Shown here in pieces: positions 26,420 to 35,516 of a DNA stretch of 38,819 bases. Every line of letters begins with the position of its first letter. Position 1 is the stretch's first letter. The translations under genes and the position numbers were made by a program. This stretch comes from a virus (Duplodnaviria; Caudoviricetes), in the IMG/VR virus record IMGVR_UViG_3300027021_000013, positions 1 through 38,819 of that record; one strand, given 5' to 3'. The notes beneath the pieces were generated by a model. The model was not told the DNA's origin. It was given only the letters and a program-made list of their open reading frames with translations, and made no database searches.

Positions 26420-28999
26420 ATGGCCCGTACCGAGACTCTAAGCGTCCGCACGTTTTTGGACGACGGCGGTTTTTCCGAATCGCTAAAGAAAATCACCAGT
26501 GCTCTCAGGGACAACAGACTCGAATACGGCCTTGCATCTTCGGCGGCGCGGGCATACGGCACTTCCGCAGACCAGCTAAAAGCAAAGGCTGACTATCTCA
26601 CAGCCAATATCGCAGACCAGCGCAAAAAGGTTGAGACTTTGCGCGAGGCGTTTAAGAAAGCCAAGTCTGAAAAAGGCGATGATTCAAAGGTTACCGAGAA
26701 GCTTCGTCAGGATTACATCAAAGCGCAGACCGCTCTAAATAACTTTGAAGGTCAGCTTCGCCAGACGAACAGCCAGCTTGAAGAAAGCGTTCGGGAAACA
26801 AAGAAAAGCGGCGATGCTGCCGAAGATGCGTCAAAAAAATGGAGCAGCTTTAAGAGCGGCCTCGGCAAAGTCGCTAAAGGCGTAGGCATAGCGGTCGGTG
26901 CGCTTGCAACGGCGGCTGGCGCGGCGGTAACGGGTGCGTACAAACTCACGGAGAGCGCGAGCGATTTGTCCGAAGCCCAGAACGTGGTATCTCAGACTTT
27001 CAAGACCTCAGGCAAACAAGTGAACGAGTGGGCAAAGACGATGTCCACGACAGCGGGGATCTCGCAGACCAACGCGACAAAGTTTGTCGGTTCAATGGGT
27101 GCGATGCTTAAGTCGAGCGGGCTGACCGAGGACGCGGCGGCAAGCATGTCGGAACAGCTCGTTCAACTGACGGGCGACATGTCGTCGTTCTATAACCTTG
27201 ATAACGAGACCGCGTGGGAGAAAATCCGTGCGGGTATATCGGGTGAAACCGAACCGCTCAAACAGCTCGGCATCAATATGAACGTAGCGAACCTCGAAGC
27301 GTATGCGCTGTCTCAGGGCATTAACAAGGCATATAGCGAGATGTCGCAGGCGGAGCAGACCACGCTCCGGTACAACTATCTGTTGTCGGTCACCAAAGAC
27401 GCGCAGGGCGATTTCGGGCGCACGCTTGAAACCAGCTTTGCGAACCAAGTCCGTGTGGCAAAGATGCAGATACAAGATTTCGGCACGCAGCTCGGGCAAA
27501 AGTTTCTGCCTGTGTTCATGGATGTGATGAAAGGCGTGAACGACGGAATCAAATCCGGCAACTTCGAAGAAGTCGGGAGCTCCATCGCTGACGGTCTGAC
27601 AAACGCGCTCAATAAAATCGTTGAAATGCTTCCTAAGTATATAGACGCAGGTATTTCGCTGATCAGCGGTCTGATACAAGGCATTGCGGACTCGCTTCCT
27701 GCCATCGCAACGGCGGCAATTGATCTCATATCAAAGCTGGCAATGAAGCTAGTTGAGATGCTTCCCATGATCGTCGATGCGGGGCTCAAAGTCGTTATCG
27801 CGCTTATTCAGGGCATTGCGGAGGCGATTCCGCAGCTGATACCCGCGATTGTCAGCGCGATTCAGCAGATTATTTTGACGCTGATCAACAACCTGCCGCT
27901 CATCATTGACGCAGGCATCAAGCTAATAAAGGCGCTTGTGCAAGGTCTCCTCACTGCGATACCGCAGATTGTGGAGGCTCTGCCTCAGATTATATCGGCG
28001 CTGATCAATGCGTTGATGGAAGCGATTCCGCTTGTGCTGGAATCGGCGGCAGACATTATCACGGCGCTGATTGACGGTCTTATCGGGGCGATTCCAACGC
28101 TCATAGCCGCGATCCCGAAAATCATTCAGGCGATCATCACGGGGCTGGTCAACGGTCTGCCGAAAATCATCGAGAGCGCGGTTGACATTATCGATTCGCT
28201 GATCACCGGTATTATCGACAACCTGCCGACGCTGATTGCGGCGATCCCCGATGTGATTATTGCGATCATCACAGGTATCACCGAGAACCTGCCGACGCTC
28301 ATCGAGGCCATGCCGCGCATCATCGTGTCGATCATCAAAGGTATTGCAGAAAACCTGTGGCAGCTTATCAAACATGCCCCGGAAATTATATGGGCGATCA
28401 TCAAAGGTTTAGGACAGGCGCTTTGGGAACTGGTGAAAGCGGGCGGCGATCTGATTTCGAGCATTTGGGACGGCATCAAGTCTGCGTGGGAATCCGTGAA
28501 GAAATGGTTCTCGGATGCGATCAGCGGCATCGGCAATTTCTTTTCGGGGCTTTGGAGCAGTTTCACCAAATGGGGCAAAAACGTCATCGACGGCATTTGG
28601 AATGGTCTCAAATCCGCGTGGAACAGCGTCGTGCAATGGTTCAAGGATGCTTGGAACTGGATTGAGGACGGCTGGAACAAGTTCTGGGGCATCCACTCTC
28701 CGTCCACAAGAATGGCGGCGAAAGGCAAGTTCATGGCCCAAGGTCTCGGCATCGGATTTACGAATGCCATGAAGCGCGTCCGGGCTGACATGGAAAAGGA
28801 AATGGGCCGTGTTGACGGCACGCTTAATCTGACTCCTAGCCTACCCGCTTCCGGGCGGTTTGCGGCTGTTGCGGGTGCTGGCACCTCAGGCATGGCGTAT
28901 AACCAGACTGTCAATATCACGGTGAACGGCAAAGCGTCACCGATAGAGACGGCGCGGCAGATCGAACTTCAAAGCAGACTGCTCGCGCTTGAATTTTAG
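26420..28999 (+). CDS. Tape measure protein
   Basis: Long helical protein with periodic LP/IP and Trp repeats, GETEPLKQLGI, IHSPS. Confidence 0.95.
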   Translation: MARTETLSVRTFLDDGGFSESLKKITSALRDNRLEYGLASSAARAYGTSADQLKAKADYLTANIADQRKKVETLREAFKKAKSEKGDDSKVTEKLRQDYIKAQTALNNFEGQLRQTNSQLEESVRETKKSGDAAEDASKKWSSFKSGLGKVAKGVGIAVGALATAAGAAVTGAYKLTESASDLSEAQNVVSQTFKTSGKQVNEWAKTMSTTAGISQTNATKFVGSMGAMLKSSGLTEDAAASMSEQLVQLTGDMSSFYNLDNETAWEKIRAGISGETEPLKQLGINMNVANLEAYALSQGINKAYSEMSQAEQTTLRYNYLLSVTKDAQGDFGRTLETSFANQVRVAKMQIQDFGTQLGQKFLPVFMDVMKGVNDGIKSGNFEEVGSSIADGLTNALNKIVEMLPKYIDAGISLISGLIQGIADSLPAIATAAIDLISKLAMKLVEMLPMIVDAGLKVVIALIQGIAEAIPQLIPAIVSAIQQIILTLINNLPLIIDAGIKLIKALVQGLLTAIPQIVEALPQIISALINALMEAIPLVLESAADIITALIDGLIGAIPTLIAAIPKIIQAIITGLVNGLPKIIESAVDIIDSLITGIIDNLPTLIAAIPDVIIAIITGITENLPTLIEAMPRIIVSIIKGIAENLWQLIKHAPEIIWAIIKGLGQALWELVKAGGDLISSIWDGIKSAWESVKKWFSDAISGIGNFFSGLWSSFTKWGKNVIDGIWNGLKSAWNSVVQWFKDAWNWIEDGWNKFWGIHSPSTRMAAKGKFMAQGLGIGFTNAMKRVRADMEKEMGRVDGTLNLTPSLPASGRFAAVAGAGTSGMAYNQTVNITVNGKASPIETARQIELQSRLLALEF

Positions 29000-29010
29000 G
29001 AGGGCGCGGC

Positions 29011-29928
29011 ATGTTTAGAAAACTGATATTCGTGAACGCCCTTGGCAAAAGTGTGACTTTCAACGATTACGGAAAATATATCGCATTGACTATATCAGGG
29101 CTGGGTGATGTGCCCGTAACCAACGAAACTGAAAAGGCCCCCGCGCAGGACGGCATGACTTGGCTTGATGCTGTTCTTGGCACGCGGATGGTGACAGTTG
29201 AAGGTGTGATCAACACGAAGGACGGCAGGGACGCAATATATCAGCTCCGCGCTGCGCTTTCGTCCGTGTGCAACCCGAAGCTCGGAAACGGCACGCTGAC
29301 GTATTACGCTGGCGGCTATTCGGTACGGACGCTTCGAAAAGTGCAGCCGTACCTGCCGTCTTTTCCCCAGCGCGAAGGTAACGAACAGCTTTTTCTCGTC
29401 CGATTCGAGGGTGTAGACCCTTACTGGTATCAAACGACATACAACACTGAAGAACTCGGCGGCTGGGAAGGCGGCTTGGAGTTTCCTCTTGTCGGCGGCG
29501 TGGAAACGGGGCTTGAGTTCCCGATGGCTGACGGCATCGAGACCGGCATTGAGTTTGAGCGGCGCAGCGGTTCGTCAGAAATGTACTTAGAAAACGTCGG
29601 TGATTTTTATGCACCCATCGAAATATGGGCGCGTGGCCCGATGGCACAGGCGACGGTTACGAACGAGACCACCGGCGAGTTTATTCGCGTGAACAGACCG
29701 ATTGCGGCAAACGAAGAACTGTATATCTCCACCCGCAAAGGCGAGAAACAAGTTCTGCTTACGAACCTTGATACGGGCGACGCCACAAACGCGTTCGGGT
29801 ATCTTGACCGAGCATCAAAGTTCTGGCAGCTTCAGGTTGGCGCGAATCTCGTGTCATATGACCCGACAGGGAGCGGTATCGGCACCAAGGTGAAGGTACG
29901 GTATCGCAACCGCTTTATGGGAGTATGA
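29011..29928 (+). CDS. Distal tail protein (Dit)
   Basis: Follows TMP; QDG, NPKLG.G, DPYW, ENVGD, LQVGAN. Confidence 0.88.
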   Translation: MFRKLIFVNALGKSVTFNDYGKYIALTISGLGDVPVTNETEKAPAQDGMTWLDAVLGTRMVTVEGVINTKDGRDAIYQLRAALSSVCNPKLGNGTLTYYAGGYSVRTLRKVQPYLPSFPQREGNEQLFLVRFEGVDPYWYQTTYNTEELGGWEGGLEFPLVGGVETGLEFPMADGIETGIEFERRSGSSEMYLENVGDFYAPIEIWARGPMAQATVTNETTGEFIRVNRPIAANEELYISTRKGEKQVLLTNLDTGDATNAFGYLDRASKFWQLQVGANLVSYDPTGSGIGTKVKVRYRNRFMGV

Positions 29929-29929
29929 C

Positions 29930-31018
29930 ATGGAACTCACACCGTTGCGCGTGACTAGCGGCGCGGATTTCTCGCTGGTCGGTGAAATTGATGAATACGC
30001 ATCACTTCGGTGGGTACGGCGATGGCAGAGAGCTGGCGAAGTCGAGCTGACGCTTAACTACAACATGCCGTATGCCGACAAGCTGATGCGCGGCAATATT
30101 ATCGAGTACGGCGACCTCACGGCGATTATTGATAACGTTGTGTACGACCAAAAAGAAGGCGGAAAAGGCGCGGAGCAGCTCACAGTCCGTGCGAAATCAA
30201 CCGCCACGCTGATAGACCGGTTCGTCACAAAACCGCCTCCGGGTGAAGCGTACCGCGTGGCGTCGGGCCCGTCGGAATCGGTCATGAAAACGTTCGTTAT
30301 GGCAGCGCTATCGGGTCTCACAAATTTCACTGTCGCTATGGACAAGCGGCGCGGCGCGGAGTCCGCGTGGCAGACACGGTACGACAATCTTGCGGCTTTG
30401 CTCGAAGAAATGAGTATCGTCACGGGACTTGGATGGGATGTATCGATTGATTACGAAAACGGGCTTTTCGTCTTTGAAGTTCTTGAAGGCGTGAGCCGCA
30501 TCGAAGTCAGCGATAACCCGGTGATATTCTCCCCCGATTACGACAACTTGAAGGTGGTCAGCTACGAAGAATCCGACCGCGATTACAAGAACGTGGCGAT
30601 CGTCGGCGGTCAGGGCGAGGGCGCGGCACGCACAATTGTGGAAGTGGCGGTTGGCTCTCCTTCGGGCTTGGATCGGCGCGAGGTATTTGTCGATGCCCGA
30701 GACCTTGATACGGTTGAAGGGCTCACGAATCGCGGCTTGCAGACGCTGGCCCAGTCACCTGTGAGGCGAACGCTCACCGCCGATATCCTGACCAACAGCA
30801 TAACCGTCTACCAAAAAGACTGGGATATGGGCGACGTGGTTGTGGTGCAGAACACAAACTGGGGCGTATCGATGAACGCGCAGATCATTGAAGTCACCGA
30901 GAGCGTCGACGATATGTCGGGTCGGCAGCTCTCCGCCGTGTTCGGCACAGGTGTGCTTCGGCTCTCACAGGCCATCAAGCGTGAAACGGCAAAAGCCGAG
31001 AAAGAAGTAAAAAAGTAA
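29930..31018 (+). CDS. Tail tip/hub protein (ReqiPepy6 Gp37-like)
   Basis: SLRWVRRW, GGQGEG..R, GLDRREVFVDARD, WDMGDVV. Confidence 0.85.
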   Translation: MELTPLRVTSGADFSLVGEIDEYASLRWVRRWQRAGEVELTLNYNMPYADKLMRGNIIEYGDLTAIIDNVVYDQKEGGKGAEQLTVRAKSTATLIDRFVTKPPPGEAYRVASGPSESVMKTFVMAALSGLTNFTVAMDKRRGAESAWQTRYDNLAALLEEMSIVTGLGWDVSIDYENGLFVFEVLEGVSRIEVSDNPVIFSPDYDNLKVVSYEESDRDYKNVAIVGGQGEGAARTIVEVAVGSPSGLDRREVFVDARDLDTVEGLTNRGLQTLAQSPVRRTLTADILTNSITVYQKDWDMGDVVVVQNTNWGVSMNAQIIEVTESVDDMSGRQLSAVFGTGVLRLSQAIKRETAKAEKEVKK

Positions 31019-31028
31019 GGAGCTCTAT

Positions 31029-31670
31029 ATGGCAATAAGGACGATGTTTCACGCCAGCGTGAATGGAGACAGAAAGTATACCACCGGCGACTTTTCGTAC
31101 TTTTTCGAGTGTTTTTTCACGACCGGCGTATTTGACGGTGCAGACAACCTTCGGGTATTTGCCAACGGCAACGACCGCGTGGTACGGCTCAAGGCTGGCG
31201 GCGGCATGCTGAAAGGCCGTTTTTTCTATGAGAACGGCGTGCCTGAGGTGACGTTTCTTCCGTCCGAGGCGGATGCAACGAACAACCGGTATGACCGCGT
31301 GATTGCCCGATGGGACGGTCAGGCAGATGCGCGGACGGTGGTGATCGAGTACCGGGAAGGCGTACCGTCGGCCACACCCGAGCCGCCCGACCTTATCCGC
31401 GACGTGGACGAGTTTGAGGTGTCGCTATGCAAGGTTCTGATAAGGGCAGGAAGTACAACCGTCCAGCAGTCTGACCTGACGGACGAGCGCGACAACGCGG
31501 CGTACTGCGGCAGGGTTCGATGCACGGCCCCGCAGTTATCCGAGAATTTTAAGGACATCGCGGCATCGGGCGCAATATCGGCAACCGGCAATATATCCTC
31601 GTCGGGCGACATCACAGCGGACGGCACCATAGAGGGAGCCATCGTGAAGGGCGCAACCTATGGCGAATAA
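31029..31670 (+). CDS. Baseplate/minor tail protein
   Basis: NGDRKY, RYDRVIAR, LTDER..YCG patterns typical of this position. Confidence 0.75.
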   Translation: MAIRTMFHASVNGDRKYTTGDFSYFFECFFTTGVFDGADNLRVFANGNDRVVRLKAGGGMLKGRFFYENGVPEVTFLPSEADATNNRYDRVIARWDGQADARTVVIEYREGVPSATPEPPDLIRDVDEFEVSLCKVLIRAGSTTVQQSDLTDERDNAAYCGRVRCTAPQLSENFKDIAASGAISATGNISSSGDITADGTIEGAIVKGATYGE

Positions 31671-31682
31671 GGAGGCTGATGC

Positions 31683-33509
31683 ATGGCTTCATATAACATA
31701 TCGGGCCTAAACGTCTGTGAGATCGATGCGTCGCATCCGACGCAGATCAGCACAAACTCGTGTGATATCGGTAAGTGGACGTCAAATTTTAATAACTGTT
31801 TTATCAACTTTGAGAGCGTAAAAGACAACATTCCGAGAGGGTCGCACATCGACAGTGCGACTCTTCGTATATACAAGGACGGCGGTGGTTATTCGCAGTC
31901 AATCAGCATGCGGGTGCGGCTTTGCTCGGGCGGCTGGGCGGCGTTTTCGTGGAACAGCCAGCCAGCGGTTGTGGCGACAGGTGGCGTGCTGACATCCACA
32001 TCAGGCACGGGTTCGGGCGACGTGTCGTTCGATGTACGCGATATTGTCCAGTGGATAGTTGATAACAACAACGCGTCGCATATCTGGAAGATTGAACGTG
32101 CCACGAACACAAACACGCTCCCCAAAGATGCGAAGTCGTTCACAGCAACGGCATCCGCGCACGATCTGCTGATCAATTACACAGCCCCGACCTCGCCGAG
32201 TGCGCCAAGCGGCTTGGGGTTCAACGCGAACCCGTTCGAGAGCTCGGTTCGACTGTCGTGGAGCAAGGGCTCGAACGGCACATACAACGCGATAACTGGA
32301 TATGAACTGCGGTATCAAACGTCTTCGAACGGCTCAAGCTGGTCGGGCGAGACCGTTGTGTCTCTGGGTTCTGGTTCAACTTACTATGACCTAAACACCT
32401 CAGGCTGGGGACACGGGACATATCTGCGTTTCCGCGTGGGCTCGAAGTCCTCATATGCATCAACGGTTTACTCGGGTTACGTCACGGCTCGCAAGAACCG
32501 CGTCCCGAATGCGCCGACGAACGCGAGCGTCCCCAAGACCAGCTATATCCCGGGCGAGACCATTCGGGTGTCTTTCACGAACAACGGCGATCCCGACGGC
32601 AACCTCTCGGGATTTGAAGCCGCGATGCAGTACGCGAACGGCACTTGGTACAACGGCGGACAGATAATGGGCAGTCGCTCGGGCTCGACCATCACCTATG
32701 TGGATATAAGCACCACGGGCTGGTCAAACGGCGCACAGTGGAAGTTCTTTGTGCGCGGCTACGACACATATGGCGTGCGTGGTTCATGGTCAAACGCGAC
32801 GGCTGTGGTCACGATGAACGAAGCGCCGCTCACACCGAGCATAGGCTATCCAGTGACTGGCGGTACGGTGTTCAACCGCCGACCGCGTATATTACTGACC
32901 GCCGCTGCGACGAACGATGGTGTGTATCACATCGCGCAGGTGATGGGCGCACGAGGCGGTTGGCTGCCAACGAACTCTGATTATTCTCCCTCAACGTTGT
33001 TCTCCTGCGGCGCAACAAACAGTCTGTCGTCGCAGAGAAAAATCGCGTTCAAGTCGGACGTAGATTCCGACACGGTCGTCGGCTCAAACACGGTGAAGAT
33101 GCGGATGTATGACGGTGCGCTGTATAGCGGCGAGGTATCCCGTCAGTTCAACGTGGCGGCGCTGGCTTTCACCGACCCCGATCTCACAGTTCCAAATATG
33201 AAGATTCGGGCGGTGCATGTGACGGAACTACAAACGGCAATCAGCACGATCCGCACGGCGTACGGGCTGGCGGCGGTATCGTGGAAACCGGTCACTTCGA
33301 ACAGCACGAAGATTGGTGATGACACGATCATCACGCAGATGCAGACGGCGATGCAGGACATTATCAATCTTATCAACGGGTGGGATTCGGCAACATCGAT
33401 GCTCGACATATCAGTCACATGGGTATCGGTCACGGAACCGGGCGGCGTGAGCGGTGTCAAACTGCGGCAGGCTCTCGAACAACTACGGGCCATACTGCCG
33501 ACGATTTAA
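31683..33509 (+). CDS. Tail fibre/receptor-binding protein with beta-rich, FN3-like modules
   Basis: Ser/Thr/Gly-rich; IDSATLRIY..FDVRDIVQWIV N-domain; PSAPS..LSW..ITGYELRY FN3 pattern; last structural gene. Confidence 0.72.
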   Translation: MASYNISGLNVCEIDASHPTQISTNSCDIGKWTSNFNNCFINFESVKDNIPRGSHIDSATLRIYKDGGGYSQSISMRVRLCSGGWAAFSWNSQPAVVATGGVLTSTSGTGSGDVSFDVRDIVQWIVDNNNASHIWKIERATNTNTLPKDAKSFTATASAHDLLINYTAPTSPSAPSGLGFNANPFESSVRLSWSKGSNGTYNAITGYELRYQTSSNGSSWSGETVVSLGSGSTYYDLNTSGWGHGTYLRFRVGSKSSYASTVYSGYVTARKNRVPNAPTNASVPKTSYIPGETIRVSFTNNGDPDGNLSGFEAAMQYANGTWYNGGQIMGSRSGSTITYVDISTTGWSNGAQWKFFVRGYDTYGVRGSWSNATAVVTMNEAPLTPSIGYPVTGGTVFNRRPRILLTAAATNDGVYHIAQVMGARGGWLPTNSDYSPSTLFSCGATNSLSSQRKIAFKSDVDSDTVVGSNTVKMRMYDGALYSGEVSRQFNVAALAFTDPDLTVPNMKIRAVHVTELQTAISTIRTAYGLAAVSWKPVTSNSTKIGDDTIITQMQTAMQDIINLINGWDSATSMLDISVTWVSVTEPGGVSGVKLRQALEQLRAILPTI

Positions 33510-33522
33510 GGGAGGCTTCTGG

Positions 33523-33858
33523 ATGGACGTACTAATCGGAGTCGGCGCGAGCGTGCTCACGTTTGCGTTAATTGGAGCAATAAAGTGGTTCCTAAAGCGC
33601 TTCTCGGTCAAAACAAAAACCGACGAGGCGGTCACGGAACTGCGCGAGCAAGTGGATGCGCTCAAAGAGCAGGTCGAAAACAACAGGCTCGTCGCGGAAC
33701 ACGCTAATGCGATGCGGGCCCAAGTGGAAGAAGTGCATGCGGCAATAAAGCCGATGGTCAAGTCGGTCTTCGGGCTTTTGCTCAAAGCGAAGGAAGGCAA
33801 GGTCAACGGCGAGATCGAGGACGCATTGAAAGAGGTCAAAAACTATCTCGGAATTTGA
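33523..33858 (+). CDS. Single-TM coiled-coil protein of the lysis cassette
   Basis: N-terminal hydrophobic helix then coiled coil; RBS GGGAGG. Confidence 0.75.
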   Translation: MDVLIGVGASVLTFALIGAIKWFLKRFSVKTKTDEAVTELREQVDALKEQVENNRLVAEHANAMRAQVEEVHAAIKPMVKSVFGLLLKAKEGKVNGEIEDALKEVKNYLGI

Positions 33859-33872
33859 AAGGGGCTATAAAA

Positions 33873-34169
33873 ATGGATGGAAGTACAGTACAAGTGGTAG
33901 CGATCGTCGCAATATGCGGGTTTGTGGGGTTCGCGGTCAAATCAGCGAGCGGCGGCAATACAAAGGTGACGAAATGGATTCCTGTGATTGTGGGTGTGCT
34001 CGGCGGCATGCTGGGCGTGATTTACCGCGCCATCTCTGCCGATTTCGCGCAGATGGACATACTCTCGGCAATCGCGTCGGGAATCGCATCGGGGCTTGCC
34101 AGCACGGGCGTACACCAAGCTATGAAGCAGAGCGGCTCAAACACTGACACAGCAGACAAGGAGGAATAG
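33873..34169 (+). CDS. Holin
   Basis: Three hydrophobic segments; KWIPVIVGVLG and SGLASTGVHQ; directly upstream of the endolysin. Confidence 0.88.
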   Translation: MDGSTVQVVAIVAICGFVGFAVKSASGGNTKVTKWIPVIVGVLGGMLGVIYRAISADFAQMDILSAIASGIASGLASTGVHQAMKQSGSNTDTADKEE

Positions 34170-34170
34170 A

Positions 34171-34983
34171 ATGGCGATATTAACGAACAAACAACTGGTC
34201 GAACAGGTCTTAAAAATGGCGGGTTATGACAGCCCGGTCGAAAAGACCGTAAAGGGTTTTGAATACCACAAGGACAGATACGGATACGTTTTCGGCGGTC
34301 AGGGAGAACTCTACACCAAAGACCTCGCCGAAAAATGGGCGAGAGAGCGTCGGTCTGGTGAAGACAGTGATTATTTCTTAAACGATTGCAAACAATGGTA
34401 CACCCCGCCGCGTAAAGTGGTCGACTGCTCGGGCATGGTTGTACAAGCGTTCAGAGCTTACGACAAAAGCTACGGTGACCGCACAGCAAACACGTTCAAG
34501 GCACAATTCGTAAAGGGCGGTACAATTAAGACTATTCCTGCCGTCGCGGGCATCGCGGTTTGGAAGAAGGGACACATCGGTATATACCTCGGTGACGGCC
34601 GGGACTGCCAGAGCAAAGGACACGATCACGGCGTAGTCATAGGGCAATTGTCTTCTACGCCATGGACGCACTGGGGCTACCTCGCGGATGTAGAATACGT
34701 GCAAGACACCCCAACGCCCAAGCCCAAAACGGACAAGCCGAAGTTGACGCGCCTATTAAAATATATATGGTACGACCGTATGAAGGGCGACGACGTGGCT
34801 CTCGTTCAACAGGCACTCAAGAATGCAGGATTTAACATAGGGCGGTACGGCAAGAACCGTGACGGTATTGACGGCATATATGGCAAGGTAACCTATGGCG
34901 CGGTATGGCGGTATCAGAAGAAACACGGTTTGCGTATTGATGGTATTGTCGGCCCTCAGACTTGGGGGCATATGTTTGCTTAA
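34171..34983 (+). CDS. Endolysin: NlpC/P60-like peptidase plus PG_binding_1 domain
   Basis: YVFGG, DCSG, GHIGIY; C-terminal GDDV..VQ..L, DGIYG..T..AV..YQ, DGIVGPQTW. Confidence 0.92.
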   Translation: MAILTNKQLVEQVLKMAGYDSPVEKTVKGFEYHKDRYGYVFGGQGELYTKDLAEKWARERRSGEDSDYFLNDCKQWYTPPRKVVDCSGMVVQAFRAYDKSYGDRTANTFKAQFVKGGTIKTIPAVAGIAVWKKGHIGIYLGDGRDCQSKGHDHGVVIGQLSSTPWTHWGYLADVEYVQDTPTPKPKTDKPKLTRLLKYIWYDRMKGDDVALVQQALKNAGFNIGRYGKNRDGIDGIYGKVTYGAVWRYQKKHGLRIDGIVGPQTWGHMFA

Positions 34984-35001
34984 AAATCTTGGTCTTTTGT
35001 T

Positions 35002-35029
35002 GCGCTCCGAAAGGGGCGCTTGTTTTTTT
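35002..35029 (+). terminator. Late-operon rho-independent terminator
   Basis: GCGCTCC-GAAA-GGGGCGC followed by TTGTTTTTTT. Confidence 0.85.
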
Positions 35030-35516
35030 ATACAACGGAGTCCAAAAAATTGTACATGATTATTATTACTATATAAAATAGGTAAAAAACTTAGCAGCAG
35101 GAGTTAATTAATAAAAAGTTACATATGGAAAAGCTACCTGATACAAACTTCCGTGGTTATAATTATTAGTAAGCACAATGTCTATGATCAACGACAATAC
35201 TGCTATTTCTTTTTGAACTCCCGGAAGAACCCATTTAAAAAACACTAATAATATGCTATAATGATTCAAATTATTGCCAGAAGGATGCTATGATAATGAA
35301 CCTTTGTGTTATGATTAAAATACAAGACAGAAAGCCTTTTATACACATGAAGCATTTGCCACAGGGAAGAGTATGCCTAATCTCAGTGTAATGAAAGTGT
35401 GACGAACTACCCTAATTATGTAATTGAAACTGAGCTGGTTTAGAACAGCAGCAAACTCAAACATAGATAAATGAAGCAGTTTTAAAATATTAAATACTCC
35501 TTAGGAGCGTATCAAA

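Larger units (their letters stand above)
1..35030. mobile_element. Temperate siphovirus prophage, integrase to lysis terminator; true ends not visible and may include the R-M gene up to 38819 or beyond
   Basis: Canonical module order (integration, immunity, replication, late activator, packaging, head, tail, lysis) with no obvious frameshifted or broken core gene. Confidence 0.95.

Noticed and set aside
26344-26592. 82-aa ORF before the tape measure gene
   Set aside because: Wrong frame; the -1 chaperone extension explains this interval better
27600-28690. Periodic repeats in the tape measure gene
   Set aside because: Normal feature of tape measure proteins
23530-28932. Long antisense ORFs (23530-24216, 24111-24863, 27092-27679, 28126-28932)
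   Set aside because: Expected in GC-rich coding DNA opposite well-supported structural genes
35290-35405. Short ORFs or possible HTH remnant (TGKSMPNLS) upstream of the R-M gene
   Set aside because: Too short, no convincing RBS or start; a controller protein gene cannot be supported
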